DNA from: a virus | Taxonomy: Duplodnaviria > Caudoviricetes | IMG/VR virus record: IMGVR_UViG_3300025288_001004 | Span: 1 to 38,784 of that record | Length of the DNA stretch: 38,784 nt | Direction: 5' to 3' (one strand) | In this document: in pieces, positions 24,010 through 34,200 of the stretch | Layout: each line of letters opens with the position of its first letter | Numbering within the stretch: position 1 is the first letter of the stretch | Position numbers and translations under genes: made by a program | Notes under the pieces: generated by a model | Told to the model about the DNA's origin: nothing | Seen by the model: only the letters and a program-made list of their open reading frames with translations | Databases searched by the model: none

Positions 24010-24037
24010 TTGACACCAACCTACCTCTAGGTATAAG
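24010..24037 (+). promoter_or_regulatory. sigma70-like promoter at the head of the non-coding region and replication block
   Basis: TTGACA-16 nt-TATAAG. Confidence 0.6.
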
Positions 24038-24044
24038 TATCTTT

Positions 24045-24600
24045 CGTCGATCCACTCGACCCCTGAAGGGGTCGTTTCATATTTGGAGTCTTGGACACAT
24101 CAGCCGGTTTTTTAGGAGTCGGGGCTTTTGTCAATCCAAGAGGGGCAGATACCTAGGTAACTAGGGTGAAAGGGAACCACACTGGATCAACCCTATACGA
24201 AAAAGGTATAGGAAATGGCACCTAGAATGGGATCTACCCTAATCTACTTGTAGATGGGTAATCGGGTTAACCCATTGTCTCCTCGACCGGTGGTGAAATA
24301 CTGAGAGTCGTTAGATGATGTGTTCTTCTATCTCAATCCGTACCATACATCTCTTCTGTATACCTATTAGACTGAAGACTTAGATGTAGGGAGTAAGGAT
24401 AAAGCAGATGGACCTAATGAACAAAACAATGAAGAAAGAAATCGAAAACAGAATGACCTAAAACAGAACGAAAGAGAACAAGGAAAAGAAGAAGAAGAAA
24501 AAAGAGAGAGCGAAGATAAGTAAGAGAACTAAGACAGAGAAGAATAAGAATCCAAAAGTTAAGACTGAGAATAGTAGATTAAGAAGAGTAATCTAAGTTG
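24045..24600 (+). other. Long non-coding region: hairpin cluster followed by an A/G-rich tract (candidate ncRNA/leader or replication origin)
   Basis: No ORF of 60 aa or more; several inverted repeats in 24057-24290; near pyrimidine-free tract around 24410-24600; lies near the coding-strand switch. Confidence 0.5.
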
Positions 24601-24625
24601 ATTGAGATCCAGAGAGGAGTCTTCT

Positions 24626-25063
24626 ATGACCAATAGAGTAGGTAGAGGACAAATCCTAACAGGAGATCAGTTGGCTGATAGCCTGGCCCTAGTAGTCTAT
24701 TACTACTTTCAGAGTAAGACGAACATCTACTTCCCTAATAGCTCTGTGTCGGGACCATCTGAGTTTGTTCAGATCTCTATCAGAGGGTTGGATGTAGATG
24801 AGACAGATAGAAGTAGGTTCCCTATGACGATAGGTTGGAGGCAATGGGAAACCATTCTGTCACCTATCCTGAATGATCCAAAGTGGAGCAAGTCCCTAGG
24901 TCACTTAGGTGGAACCGTATCCTTGATAGATAATGGGATACCTGTATTGGAAGTCGGTCCAGGAATCCTATCAGGGGATAGAAGAGAAGCAATCCGGATC
25001 CTGAAAGAGACAATCAGACAGAAGGCTGTTGAAGCAGGATATGGACCCCCTGTTGGTTTGTAA
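24626..25063 (+). CDS. Hypothetical protein, 145 aa
   Basis: GAGGAG SD plus ATG (MTNRVG). Confidence 0.7.
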   Translation: MTNRVGRGQILTGDQLADSLALVVYYYFQSKTNIYFPNSSVSGPSEFVQISIRGLDVDETDRSRFPMTIGWRQWETILSPILNDPKWSKSLGHLGGTVSLIDNGIPVLEVGPGILSGDRREAIRILKETIRQKAVEAGYGPPVGL

Positions 25064-25113
25064 GTAGACGAGGGTGGGGTAGAAGAGGGGGATGACATAG
25101 AAGGAGTCCCCCT

Positions 25114-25314
25114 ATGGCTAGTTCAAAGAGAGCACCGAGACCACAACCCACACACCCTGATGTGGGAAAGGTAGTCTGGGTTACCTGTAGGTCTGATAGA
25201 CCCTGTGGGTCAAATCAAGTCACTGTGGTGATGAAGTCCAAGAACCCTACGGGTGGTTGGTCTGTACGTTACAAGTGTAACCACTGTGGTGGTTCGTTCT
25301 TCATCAACACCTGA
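25114..25314 (+). CDS. Small Zn-ribbon protein
   Basis: AAGGAG SD; CRSDRPC...YKCNHC. Confidence 0.75.
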   Translation: MASSKRAPRPQPTHPDVGKVVWVTCRSDRPCGSNQVTVVMKSKNPTGGWSVRYKCNHCGGSFFINT

Positions 25315-25327
25315 TAGGTCTTGAAAC

Positions 25328-25939
25328 ATGTCTGTCCTATTTCATGGACCTACTGCTAGGGAATCTGCCCTAAGGTTTGCTGAAGAGTCAGGAAGACTCT
25401 TGGCACCCCCTATGGGTGATGACGGCCTGAGTGTAGAAACCTCTAGAGAGGTGGTAAGCCTCTTAAGTCGGTCGCCAATTGGCGACCAGATTGGGGTCGT
25501 GGTCATTGGTCCTATGGACAGAATGAAGTCGTCTGAAGCGGCTGACAGTTTGTTGAAGACCCTAGAGGATTTTGATGCCAGTATCCTGTTGCCTATCCTT
25601 TGGGCTGATGATGCTGGAGGGGTTCCAGGAACCATTCGATCCCGTTGTACGGAGAAGTGGTGCCCAAGTCCTCCGGGTTCTTCGGAAGATCTAGCCTATC
25701 TCCAAGTAGCGGAGTCCCTGTGTGAAGCAGCCATCCAACAGAAGGTAGCCGCTGTCATAGAGATTCTGATGGAGAATAAGGATCAGGAGTTGGAGATCCT
25801 AAGGGCTTCAACTAGTCTGCTTGCTGCCAAGGAAGCTTGGCCTTTAGGTTCGAGACTTCTGTTGTGGGACTCCTTGAGGGAATGTCTTTCCCAAGTTCGT
25901 CCTTCCCCTAGAACCATTCTTGCGGCGTACTTGATCTAA
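25328..25939 (+). CDS. holB: Truncated DNA polymerase III delta-prime-like clamp-loader subunit
   Basis: VVVI..MDRM..EAADSLLKTLED and TIRSRC (SRC motif); degenerate P-loop LFHGP; no Zn module. Confidence 0.75.
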   Translation: MSVLFHGPTARESALRFAEESGRLLAPPMGDDGLSVETSREVVSLLSRSPIGDQIGVVVIGPMDRMKSSEAADSLLKTLEDFDASILLPILWADDAGGVPGTIRSRCTEKWCPSPPGSSEDLAYLQVAESLCEAAIQQKVAAVIEILMENKDQELEILRASTSLLAAKEAWPLGSRLLLWDSLRECLSQVRPSPRTILAAYLI

Positions 25940-26949
25940 TGGCTAAGCGATATGGGGGTTGGGACAACCCCCCTCCCGTGTTGGTTCTTTCGGGCTCAGA
26001 GGGGTTCCTGAGGCGTCGTGAACTCCAGAAGGGTCTACGGGCGGCTGGATTCACAAAACGCTCTGTAGACTATGTAGACGGCTCAGATTCAGGTGCTCTG
26101 TTGGATGCCCTTGATGGTGGTCTGTTGGCTATGGGCCCAACCCTACTGGTTGTGTCCAACCCCAATGCCGTATCCCTCCCTGTAATCCAGGGACACCTTG
26201 AGGCAGATGACAACACCATCTGTATTCTCCTAGTACATGAGGAGAAGGTTCGGAAGGGGAGTAATCTGGAGAAGATCTCTGCTCTACTCCCTGAGAAGTC
26301 ACGTCTCACTCACAACCCCCCAGAGAAGGCACACCTGGCTAAGGATCGAGCCGTTGCTTTTGTAGTGAGAGAAGCTCAGGCTAGGGGTAAGAGGATTTCG
26401 GGAGACTTGGCTGAAGCCTTGGTGGACAAGGTGGGGCTAGATTTAGGGATTCTGTACTTCGAAGTGCTGAAGGTCTCTACCTACATGGACTACCATTCTA
26501 TCGGGGAGATTGTTCAGCCTGCACATTTGAAGGCCACCATGATGATGGCTGGGTCTTCAAATGTGAGTGCTGTCTCAGACGCTCTAGGTCGAGGACACAT
26601 CTTGAAGGTTCTGAGGGCCTTGGAGGGTCTGTCAGGAGGTCTGGAAGAAGAGGAGGGTGGTAGGACCCTCATGGTCGTGGCTTGGTTGAGCAGCCAAGCC
26701 ACCAAGTGGCTCCATGCGGCTTGTTTGTTGGATATGGGGGCAGAAGAAGCCGAGGCGGCTTCTAGGATGTCCATCCACCCCTATGTGTACAAACAATTCC
26801 TCGTCCCCCCTGCAAGGGTTTGGGGCCAGAAGAATTTAATCCGGTTGTTGAAGCGTCTGGTCAAGGTTGAGGCTGCAGTTAAAAAAAGCCACCTTTCACC
26901 ATGGCGAGAATTAGAAGCCGCACTGATTACGGCATGTAAGGGCCTATAG
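25939..26949 (+). CDS. holA: DNA polymerase III delta-like clamp-loader subunit
   Basis: LVLSGSEGFLR, GKRI...AEALVDKVG.DLG.L..EVLK, IHPYV, D/E..VK..S C-terminal pattern; TAATG coupling to the holB-like gene. Confidence 0.75.
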   Translation: MAKRYGGWDNPPPVLVLSGSEGFLRRRELQKGLRAAGFTKRSVDYVDGSDSGALLDALDGGLLAMGPTLLVVSNPNAVSLPVIQGHLEADDNTICILLVHEEKVRKGSNLEKISALLPEKSRLTHNPPEKAHLAKDRAVAFVVREAQARGKRISGDLAEALVDKVGLDLGILYFEVLKVSTYMDYHSIGEIVQPAHLKATMMMAGSSNVSAVSDALGRGHILKVLRALEGLSGGLEEEEGGRTLMVVAWLSSQATKWLHAACLLDMGAEEAEAASRMSIHPYVYKQFLVPPARVWGQKNLIRLLKRLVKVEAAVKKSHLSPWRELEAALITACKGL

Positions 26950-27027
26950 GTGTGCCGATCCGGGTAAAATGTTTTTGGGTTCAGAGTGGTATCCGATTGA
27001 TACCCCTACCCCTAATACAACCCTACA

Positions 27028-30000
27028 ATGAAGAAGGAAGGCATGACCATGACGTATGTGGACGCTTCTGATGGTATTTCTGTCTCTACGAATTTAGATA
27101 TCTTGGACGGTGGGGTCACACTACAAGCGCCCAAGAGTCCTTTCCCAAACCTTCTCTCTGAGTTTGTGTTCACGCGCACTTATAGCCGTTGGCTCGAGGG
27201 AGAGTCTCGTCGAGAGACTTGGGAAGAGACCGTCACACGTTACACAGACTTTATTGTTTCAGAGCGCAAGATCCCCACACAGGTGGTAAAGGGCATCCAT
27301 GCCGCCATCCTGAGCATGGATGCCATGCCCTCTATGCGAGCCCTATGGTCAGCAGGTGAAAGTGCACGTCGTGACAACACGATGCTGTACAACTGTGTTG
27401 GTCAGGAGACTCAGTTCATTACTGAACAGGGCGTAAGGTCATTCAAGGACTTTACGGATGGGGATAAGGTGAAGGTCCTCACCCACACCGGTGCATGGAA
27501 AGATGCGGTTGTTCATAGCTATGGTGAACAGCGTCTTCAGAATATCCGTCTTGCACGGGGTCGTTCATCCTATACTGTTCGAGCTACTGCCAATCACCAG
27601 TGGGTTTTGAGTGATGGAGCTCGCACGCGTGCTTTGCAAACAGGCATGCACCTGCACCGCCCCCCATCCCATGTAGGCACATGGGAGTATGAGGATAGCG
27701 ATCCTGTAGCACGCTACTACTGGGCTCTAGGGTTCACCTACGGTGATGGGACTCGTGTGAAGGATCGTGCAGGGGAGTACAAGTACTCCATGGTACGCCT
27801 GTGTGGTGCCAAAATGTCATTCCTGCCTCGTTTTCAGGAGTTGGGTTTTAAGACAAGTGCTCCTGCAACTTTTGGAGGAGATGCTGTGGCGTACACAGGC
27901 CATTACCTCAAGACACTCCCCTCTGTTGAGGAGGATGGCTTTGAGAATGTGGTGGCTTTCGTTCGTGGGCTCCTAGATGCGGATGGCCACAAGAACGCTA
28001 ATGGCTCCGCCCCAAGCCCCTCCAATAGCATCCAGGTGTCGGGTGCTGAGGCTATCACGTTCGTTCGGGATGTGTTCCCAACTGTTGGTGCGTACATCTC
28101 CAGGGAAGTCACAGGGAAGACAACCAACTTGGGTGTTCGACCTGCCACTTCGAACTTTGGGTTGGTTCTTGGGTTTGGAGATTCTCAAAATTCCACGTTC
28201 AGTGTTCAATCCATTGATGATGATGTGGTTGAGACCGTTTGGTGCCTTGAGGTAGAGGACGACCACTCCTTCGTCCTTCCTAATGGCTTGGTCACAGGTA
28301 ACTGTAGCTTCACCCCTATTGATTCTCTCCGTGCTTTCACAGAGATTCTGTACATCCTGATGATGGGAACTGGTGTTGGCTATTCTGTGGAGCGCCAGTT
28401 CACCAGCAAGCTCCCTCTGGTCCAGCCTCGTACTTACCAGACGGTCCCTTTTGTTATTGCTGATAGCACGGATGGGTGGGCTGATGCTTTCCAGTTTGGC
28501 TTGGAAAACTGGTTTGCAGGCAACGCTGTTGCGTTCGACTACTCCTTGATTCGTCCTGAAGGTGCTCCCCTTAAGACGAAGGGCGGACGGGCTTCAGGCC
28601 CTGATCCACTGAAGCGCCTTTTCGACTTCTGTGAGCAGACTGTGTTGGCTGCTGCAGGTCGGAAGATCAAGTCCATTGAGGCTCATGACATGGCTTGCAT
28701 GACGGGTGAGATTGTCATGTCAGGTGGTGTTCGTCGTGCTGCACTGATCTCTATCAGTGATGTGGATGATGAGGATATGCGCCATGCCAAGGACTGGTCA
28801 AGAGGGGAGTTCCCCACCCTTCGGTACATGGCAAACAACTCGTCCTTCTATGCGGAAAAGCCTTCTGAAGAGGTGTTCTGGAAGGAGTGGGGTGCGCTAG
28901 TCCAGAGCAAGAGTGGAGAACGTGGGTTCTCCATTGACTCTTGGCACAAGAGAGCGAATCGTCCCAAAGGTAAGGTTAGAACAAACCCCTGCGTCACGGG
29001 CGACACCCGCGTCATGACCAACAGAGGTCTTGTACAGATTGTCGACCTCGTTGGCTCTCCGTTCAACGTGGCTGTTGACCGCCGGTTCAACACCACCGTA
29101 CTGACCAGGGCTACAACGTTCAAAGGGGCGTTCAAGACGGGCACCAAGGAAGTGTTCACCCTCAAGACTTCTGAGGGCTACACTCTCCGTCTCACAGGAG
29201 ACCACCAGGTCATGACCTCTGACGGGTGGAAAGAGGCTCAACACCTTGAGGTGGGTGATCTCCTCCACCTGGCCAACACGGAGGGCATGTTCGGCCAACG
29301 TGGTGGTGCAGACGCAGGGATGCTCGCGGGATGGGTCACTGGTGATGGGTGTCTGCTTGCCGAGGATGGTAACTCCCCACGGCTCTATTTCTATGGAGCC
29401 GACCACCACCTTGTTGATCAGATGCTTGACGCCACGGAGCGGCTCACGGGTTCTCGTCCATCGGTTTCAACCTATGTCGCCAACGACCGCAAGCATTTTG
29501 AGTGTGCGGCTCTGCGGGAGCACCTCGGCCAGGTCATTGAGGACAAATTCCGCACACCCGAGTTCGTCTGGCAGGGCACCGAGGAGTGCCAGCGTTCCTA
29601 CCTGTCCGCCCTGTTCTCCGCCGATGGGTCGGTGGGAGGTAACCGCGAGAAGGGTGCCTACGTCCGGTTGCATTCATCGAAGCTCGATCTGCTCCGTGAT
29701 GTTCAAACCCTTCTCCTCAACTTCGGGATCGCCTGTTGCATCTACGAGGAGCGGCGTCCCGCTGGCTACCGTGACCTCCCTGATGGGAGGGGAGGCTACA
29801 AGACCTATTTGTGCGAGGCTGACCACGACCTCCACATCTCCAAGGAGAACATGATTCAGTTCCATGAGCGGATTGGGTTCATCCACCAGGATAAGCAAGC
29901 GAAGCTCGCATTCACGATCGAGTCCCAAGTGGCACAGATCGGTGTGAGGGGGGCGAGCGGTCGTCCTGGACGTGGCTTCTTCAAGGAGCCCTTCACGGCT

Positions 30001-31119
30001 CGGTTTGAGTCCCTGGTCTTGGACGGCGTCGAAGACGTGTTCGACATGACCGTACCTGAGATTCATTCGTTCGTGGCCAATGGCCTCGTCGTTCACAACT
30101 GCGGAGAGATTGGACTCCGGTATCTGGATTCTGAAGATTCCATCACTGGTTCCGGCGGGTCGGGTCAGTTTTGCAATTTGTCAGCCGCAATCATGCGCTC
30201 AGAGGATACGATTGCAACCTTTGCTGAGAAGGTACGTCTAGCCACATGGATGGGTGTTATCCAAGCTTCCTTCACCCACTTCCCCTACCTTCGTCCTGGT
30301 TGGTCTAAGACTTGTGAGGAGGATCGTCTATTGGGTGTAGACGTTACAGGGCAGTGTGATGCCCCGCACCTTTCGACAGACCCGGAGGCAATGACCTACT
30401 TCAACCGTGTTGCGATTGACACGGCGGCAGAGGCTTCAGCCTACTTGGGCATCAATATGCCTGTGGCAATTACCTGTGGCAAGCCCAGTGGCAATAGCTC
30501 CCAGCTTGTGGATTGTGCCAGTGGTTTCCATGCTCGATATGCCCCCTACTACATCCGTCGAGTCCGTGTTTCTTCCTCGGATCCTTTGTACATGCTGATT
30601 CGTGATTCGGGAGTCCCGGTCCACAAGGACAACCAGTTTGTGACGTGGGCGGATGCGGATTGTCCTACTTGGGTGGCGGAGTTCCCTGTCAAGGCACCTG
30701 AGGGAGCTATCTTCCGGGATTCGGAGACGGCGTTGGAGATGTTGGATCGGTATCTCAACATCATGAATACTTGGTGTGGGGAGAGGGGTCACAACCAGTC
30801 CGTGACCATCTATGTCAAGGACCATGAGTGGGAGGAGGTTGGGCAGTGGGTTTGGGATCACTTCGACGAGATCACCGGACTTAGTTTCTTGCCCTACAGT
30901 GGTGGCAATTACAAGTTGGCTCCCTATGAAGAGATTGATGAGTCCACCTACAATGAGTGGATGACTTGGTTCCCTGAAGTGGACTTCTCCCTTCTCTCTG
31001 CCTATGAGAGAGAGGACCGAGGAGAGGGGGCACAGGAGCTGGCATGTATTGGTGGTTCTTGCACCATCGACTATGATGTAGAGGCTCTTGAAGCTGCGGG
31101 TTTGGTTGACAAACCCTAG
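27028..31119 (+). CDS. nrdJ: Class II (adenosylcobalamin-dependent) ribonucleotide reductase with two inteins
   Basis: RTYSRW, RETW.E, PSMRALW, YN|C, GTGVG, GGRASGP, GGVRRAA, TNP|CGEI, FCNL, KPSGNSS, C-terminal CIGGSC; true start may be 27043 or 27049. Confidence 0.93.
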   Translation: MKKEGMTMTYVDASDGISVSTNLDILDGGVTLQAPKSPFPNLLSEFVFTRTYSRWLEGESRRETWEETVTRYTDFIVSERKIPTQVVKGIHAAILSMDAMPSMRALWSAGESARRDNTMLYNCVGQETQFITEQGVRSFKDFTDGDKVKVLTHTGAWKDAVVHSYGEQRLQNIRLARGRSSYTVRATANHQWVLSDGARTRALQTGMHLHRPPSHVGTWEYEDSDPVARYYWALGFTYGDGTRVKDRAGEYKYSMVRLCGAKMSFLPRFQELGFKTSAPATFGGDAVAYTGHYLKTLPSVEEDGFENVVAFVRGLLDADGHKNANGSAPSPSNSIQVSGAEAITFVRDVFPTVGAYISREVTGKTTNLGVRPATSNFGLVLGFGDSQNSTFSVQSIDDDVVETVWCLEVEDDHSFVLPNGLVTGNCSFTPIDSLRAFTEILYILMMGTGVGYSVERQFTSKLPLVQPRTYQTVPFVIADSTDGWADAFQFGLENWFAGNAVAFDYSLIRPEGAPLKTKGGRASGPDPLKRLFDFCEQTVLAAAGRKIKSIEAHDMACMTGEIVMSGGVRRAALISISDVDDEDMRHAKDWSRGEFPTLRYMANNSSFYAEKPSEEVFWKEWGALVQSKSGERGFSIDSWHKRANRPKGKVRTNPCVTGDTRVMTNRGLVQIVDLVGSPFNVAVDRRFNTTVLTRATTFKGAFKTGTKEVFTLKTSEGYTLRLTGDHQVMTSDGWKEAQHLEVGDLLHLANTEGMFGQRGGADAGMLAGWVTGDGCLLAEDGNSPRLYFYGADHHLVDQMLDATERLTGSRPSVSTYVANDRKHFECAALREHLGQVIEDKFRTPEFVWQGTEECQRSYLSALFSADGSVGGNREKGAYVRLHSSKLDLLRDVQTLLLNFGIACCIYEERRPAGYRDLPDGRGGYKTYLCEADHDLHISKENMIQFHERIGFIHQDKQAKLAFTIESQVAQIGVRGASGRPGRGFFKEPFTARFESLVLDGVEDVFDMTVPEIHSFVANGLVVHNCGEIGLRYLDSEDSITGSGGSGQFCNLSAAIMRSEDTIATFAEKVRLATWMGVIQASFTHFPYLRPGWSKTCEEDRLLGVDVTGQCDAPHLSTDPEAMTYFNRVAIDTAAEASAYLGINMPVAITCGKPSGNSSQLVDCASGFHARYAPYYIRRVRVSSSDPLYMLIRDSGVPVHKDNQFVTWADADCPTWVAEFPVKAPEGAIFRDSETALEMLDRYLNIMNTWCGERGHNQSVTIYVKDHEWEEVGQWVWDHFDEITGLSFLPYSGGNYKLAPYEEIDESTYNEWMTWFPEVDFSLLSAYEREDRGEGAQELACIGGSCTIDYDVEALEAAGLVDKP
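27394..28302 (+). mobile_element. Intein 1 in NrdJ (303 aa) with LAGLIDADG homing endonuclease
   Basis: Starts CVGQET, block B TANHQW, LGFTYGDG and VRGLLDADG, ends LVTGN|C. Confidence 0.92.
28990..30099 (+). mobile_element. Intein 2 in NrdJ (370 aa) with LAGLIDADG homing endonuclease
   Basis: Starts CVTGDT after NP, TGDH block B, LAGWVTGDG and LSALFSADG, ends VVHN|C. Confidence 0.95.
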
Positions 31120-31135
31120 CCCGTAGCGGTTTGTT

Positions 31136-31164
31136 AAGTACCTCCTATAGGGTAGGAGGTACTT
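31136..31164. other. Stem-loop after nrdJ
   Basis: AAGTACCTCCTA-TAGGG-TAGGAGGTACTT, perfect 12-bp stem. Confidence 0.6.
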
Positions 31165-31188
31165 GAAGACCTCAACTTTCAGACGCAC

Positions 31189-31230
31189 TAAAAGCGGCAC
31201 CTGGGTTTTCTAGGTGCCGCTTTTATGTTT
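31189..31230 (+). terminator. Rho-independent terminator after nrdJ
   Basis: AAAAGCGGCACCT-N9-AGGTGCCGC-TTTTATGTTT. Confidence 0.8.
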
Positions 31231-31252
31231 GTGTCAACCTAGGAGCAAGCAA

Positions 31253-34200
31253 ATGTACTTTTCAGGACGGGTACACACCCTGGTTTACTCGAATCCAGAG
31301 AAGGGCTATTACGTTCTCAAGATGGTGCTGGACAATCCTGATGTCAGCAAGGTGAGTCCTAATTTCCCGATTACGGTTGTAGGAAATGTGACAGGCCTCC
31401 ACGTCAAGATTGGGACGTGGTTTGGTTTTGAGGCAGCTTGGGTTGTAGATCCCAAGTTTGGGAAGCAGCTCCGGATTCAGAAGGCACCTGTGGTCCAGAC
31501 TGTTTGGGATACGAAGATTGCTGTGTCCATGCTGTCCTCACATGGGGTTGGGGAGCAGGTCTGCCAGAAGTTGGCTAGGTACTTCGGTGAAGATCTTGTT
31601 TCTGTCCTTGATGACTATGATGCAAAGGCTTTGGGCGAAGTTCCAGATATGCCCGAAGCAACGGCTGTCCACATCCTTGCAACGTGGCGGACGGTTCGGT
31701 CTTTTTTCTTGACCTTGGATTTCCTGTCGGACGCGGGCATCCCAAAGGCGAAGATCACACAGGTGTGGGCACTCTTTGGCGATGAGACGAAGGAAGTCCT
31801 TTCCCAAAACCCATGGGCTTTGGTGAAGGTGGAGGGTATTCGCTTTGAGCAGGCGGATGAGGTGGCGAAGCGTTTGGGTCTGAGCATGGACAACCCTTTG
31901 CGAATTCGGGGTGCGGTCCTCTATGCCTGCAAGAACCGTCGAGGCCTGGGGCACTTGTACTTGTCCTCTGGGGACATGGTTGAGGCGGTGCAGGAATTTG
32001 CGGGTGGGGCTTCTGATCTGGATATTGCCAAGGCATTGAAGAAGCTTCACCAAGATGGGGCTGTGATTTTGGATAGGACTACTCGTCCTGGGGTGCTTGC
32101 TATTTATGAACCGTGGTACTACCACCTTGAGCAGAATTGTTCAGATCTTCTCTATGCTCGTATTAGCAGTGCAGACCCCAAGCGGGTGGCTCCCACCATG
32201 AACCTAGGACCAGTCACGCAGGCTCAGTTATCCGAGGCCTTGCAGGCTGCAATTGTGAAGCCTTATGCCGAGTCTTTGGCTGCTGTTGGCCCCAAGGCTG
32301 AAGCCGCGTGGAAGAACGACCCGGAGGATTTGGAGGCCATTGCACTAGGAGGGTTGGAGGGTTGGGCCGAAGGGGGGAAGGTAGTCCTGTCCCCGACCCA
32401 GATTACAGGAGCCATGCATGCGCTTACGGCTCCCGTGTCCATCCTGACCGGTCTTCCAGGGACCGGCAAGTGTGTGGCTGACTGGACTCTTGTGAGCGGG
32501 CCTTGGGGTGTCCGACCTATTGGTGAGTTCCTGCCTAAGGGTAGTGCTCCTGATACAGCCTATCCTCTCGTCATGCCTTTGGACACCCTTTTGGGTGTCC
32601 GTGACACTTCCCACGTTTATGATGGGGGGGTCAAGCCAACCCTTCGGTTGACGACTCAATATGGCTACGTCTTAGAGGGCACGGAAGTCCATCCTGTCCA
32701 CGTTGCCAATGAGGATGGCGGGGTTGTATGGAAGACCCTTGGGGATATTCAGCTTGGAGACAAGCTTGAGATGGTTGTGGGTCAGATGCTCCAAGAAGAT
32801 GTCCAACCTCGAAATGGTTTGACAGTTGGGGAGGCCCTTTTGCTGGGGAAGTTTGGCTATCGTGGTGAGGCTGTTCCCCGTAAGGTTTTGGAAGGTGGCC
32901 CTAGGGTTATTGCTACTTTCCTATCCAACCTTCCTAGTTTGGAAGTGGATGGCTCGCGGTATGTCTACCCTCCCAACTTTAGGTATGGGTACCAGATCCA
33001 GACTCTTTTGCTGATGCTTGGTGTTCTCAGCCACCTTGAGGTCCATTGTGAGGGTGTGTGGGGAGGAGGGGATTCCATTGTCATCCACATCCCCAACGAG
33101 GAGCTTCCTGCTTGGGAAGATCTCATTCAACTTGCTCTTACAGGGGTGCATCCTGTCCCGAAGGACAGCCTCAGTTCCATTTTTGTGCCTGTGGTGTCTA
33201 TTGAACACGGCCAAAGTCCAGTGGTGGACTTTACGGTGCCGGGAGATCATGAGTTCCTTTCAGCGGGGTTCATTTCGCACAACACCACGACCCTTTGTGC
33301 GGTCGTGGATGTGTTGAAGGATGCGGGTGTCCCTTTCCTCCTGTGTGCCCCTACAGGGATTGCAGCTAAGCGTATGAGTTCTCTTACCCGTGCTCCTGCT
33401 GCAACGGTCCACAGAGCTTTTAAGGCGCAGGGATGGGACAACGGGGAGGAGAGAGAGTCTTCCTATGTGGGCATCGTGGGGGCTTCCTCCAACGTGGAGA
33501 GTTCAGACAGTTCAGAGGAAGAGTGGGGCTATGGCCCTTCCAACCCTCACCCTGCAAAAGTGATTCTGGTAGATGAGGTGTCCATGCTGGATGCGCACCT
33601 TCTGTACCGTGTGCTGTCCTGCACAGACCCGCATGCTCGTTTGGTCTTTGTTGGGGACCCTGCACAGTTGCCATCCGTTGGGCCGGGGAATGTGCTTCGC
33701 GACATGATCCAGTCAGAGAAGTTCCCTACGGTCAACTTGACAGAGATCTTCCGCCAAGAGGAGACCTCTGGGATTGTCTTGGCCGCACATGCGACGTTCC
33801 GTGGTGAAGTGCCCACCTATGGTCGAACGAAGGATTCGGACTTCGTCCTTCTGGAGTCCAGTGATGAGGAGCGGATTCTGGAGATTGTTGTGCAGCTCGC
33901 CACCAAGTTGTACACTCTACGAGAGAACTTCCAGGTGCTCTCTCCAAAACATGCGGGGGTTCTGGGTGTGACCAACCTTAATCAGCGGTTAAGGACTATC
34001 CTTAACCCAGGGGCACCGGGGTTGCAGGAGATTCGGTTGGGTTCTGAGGTTCTCCGCGAGGACGATCGTGTTATGGTGGTGAAGAACAACTATGACAAGA
34101 ACATTTTCAATGGCGATGTGGGCAAGGTAGTTCGAATCGACCGTAAGGCTCAACTTGTTGAGGTCAAGCTACATGGCCCTCCTGTTGTCCATGTGCAACT

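Noticed and set aside
24408-24600. Lys/Arg/Glu-rich micro-ORFs in the purine tract
   Set aside because: All are short and interrupted by stops; their composition follows from the A/G skew
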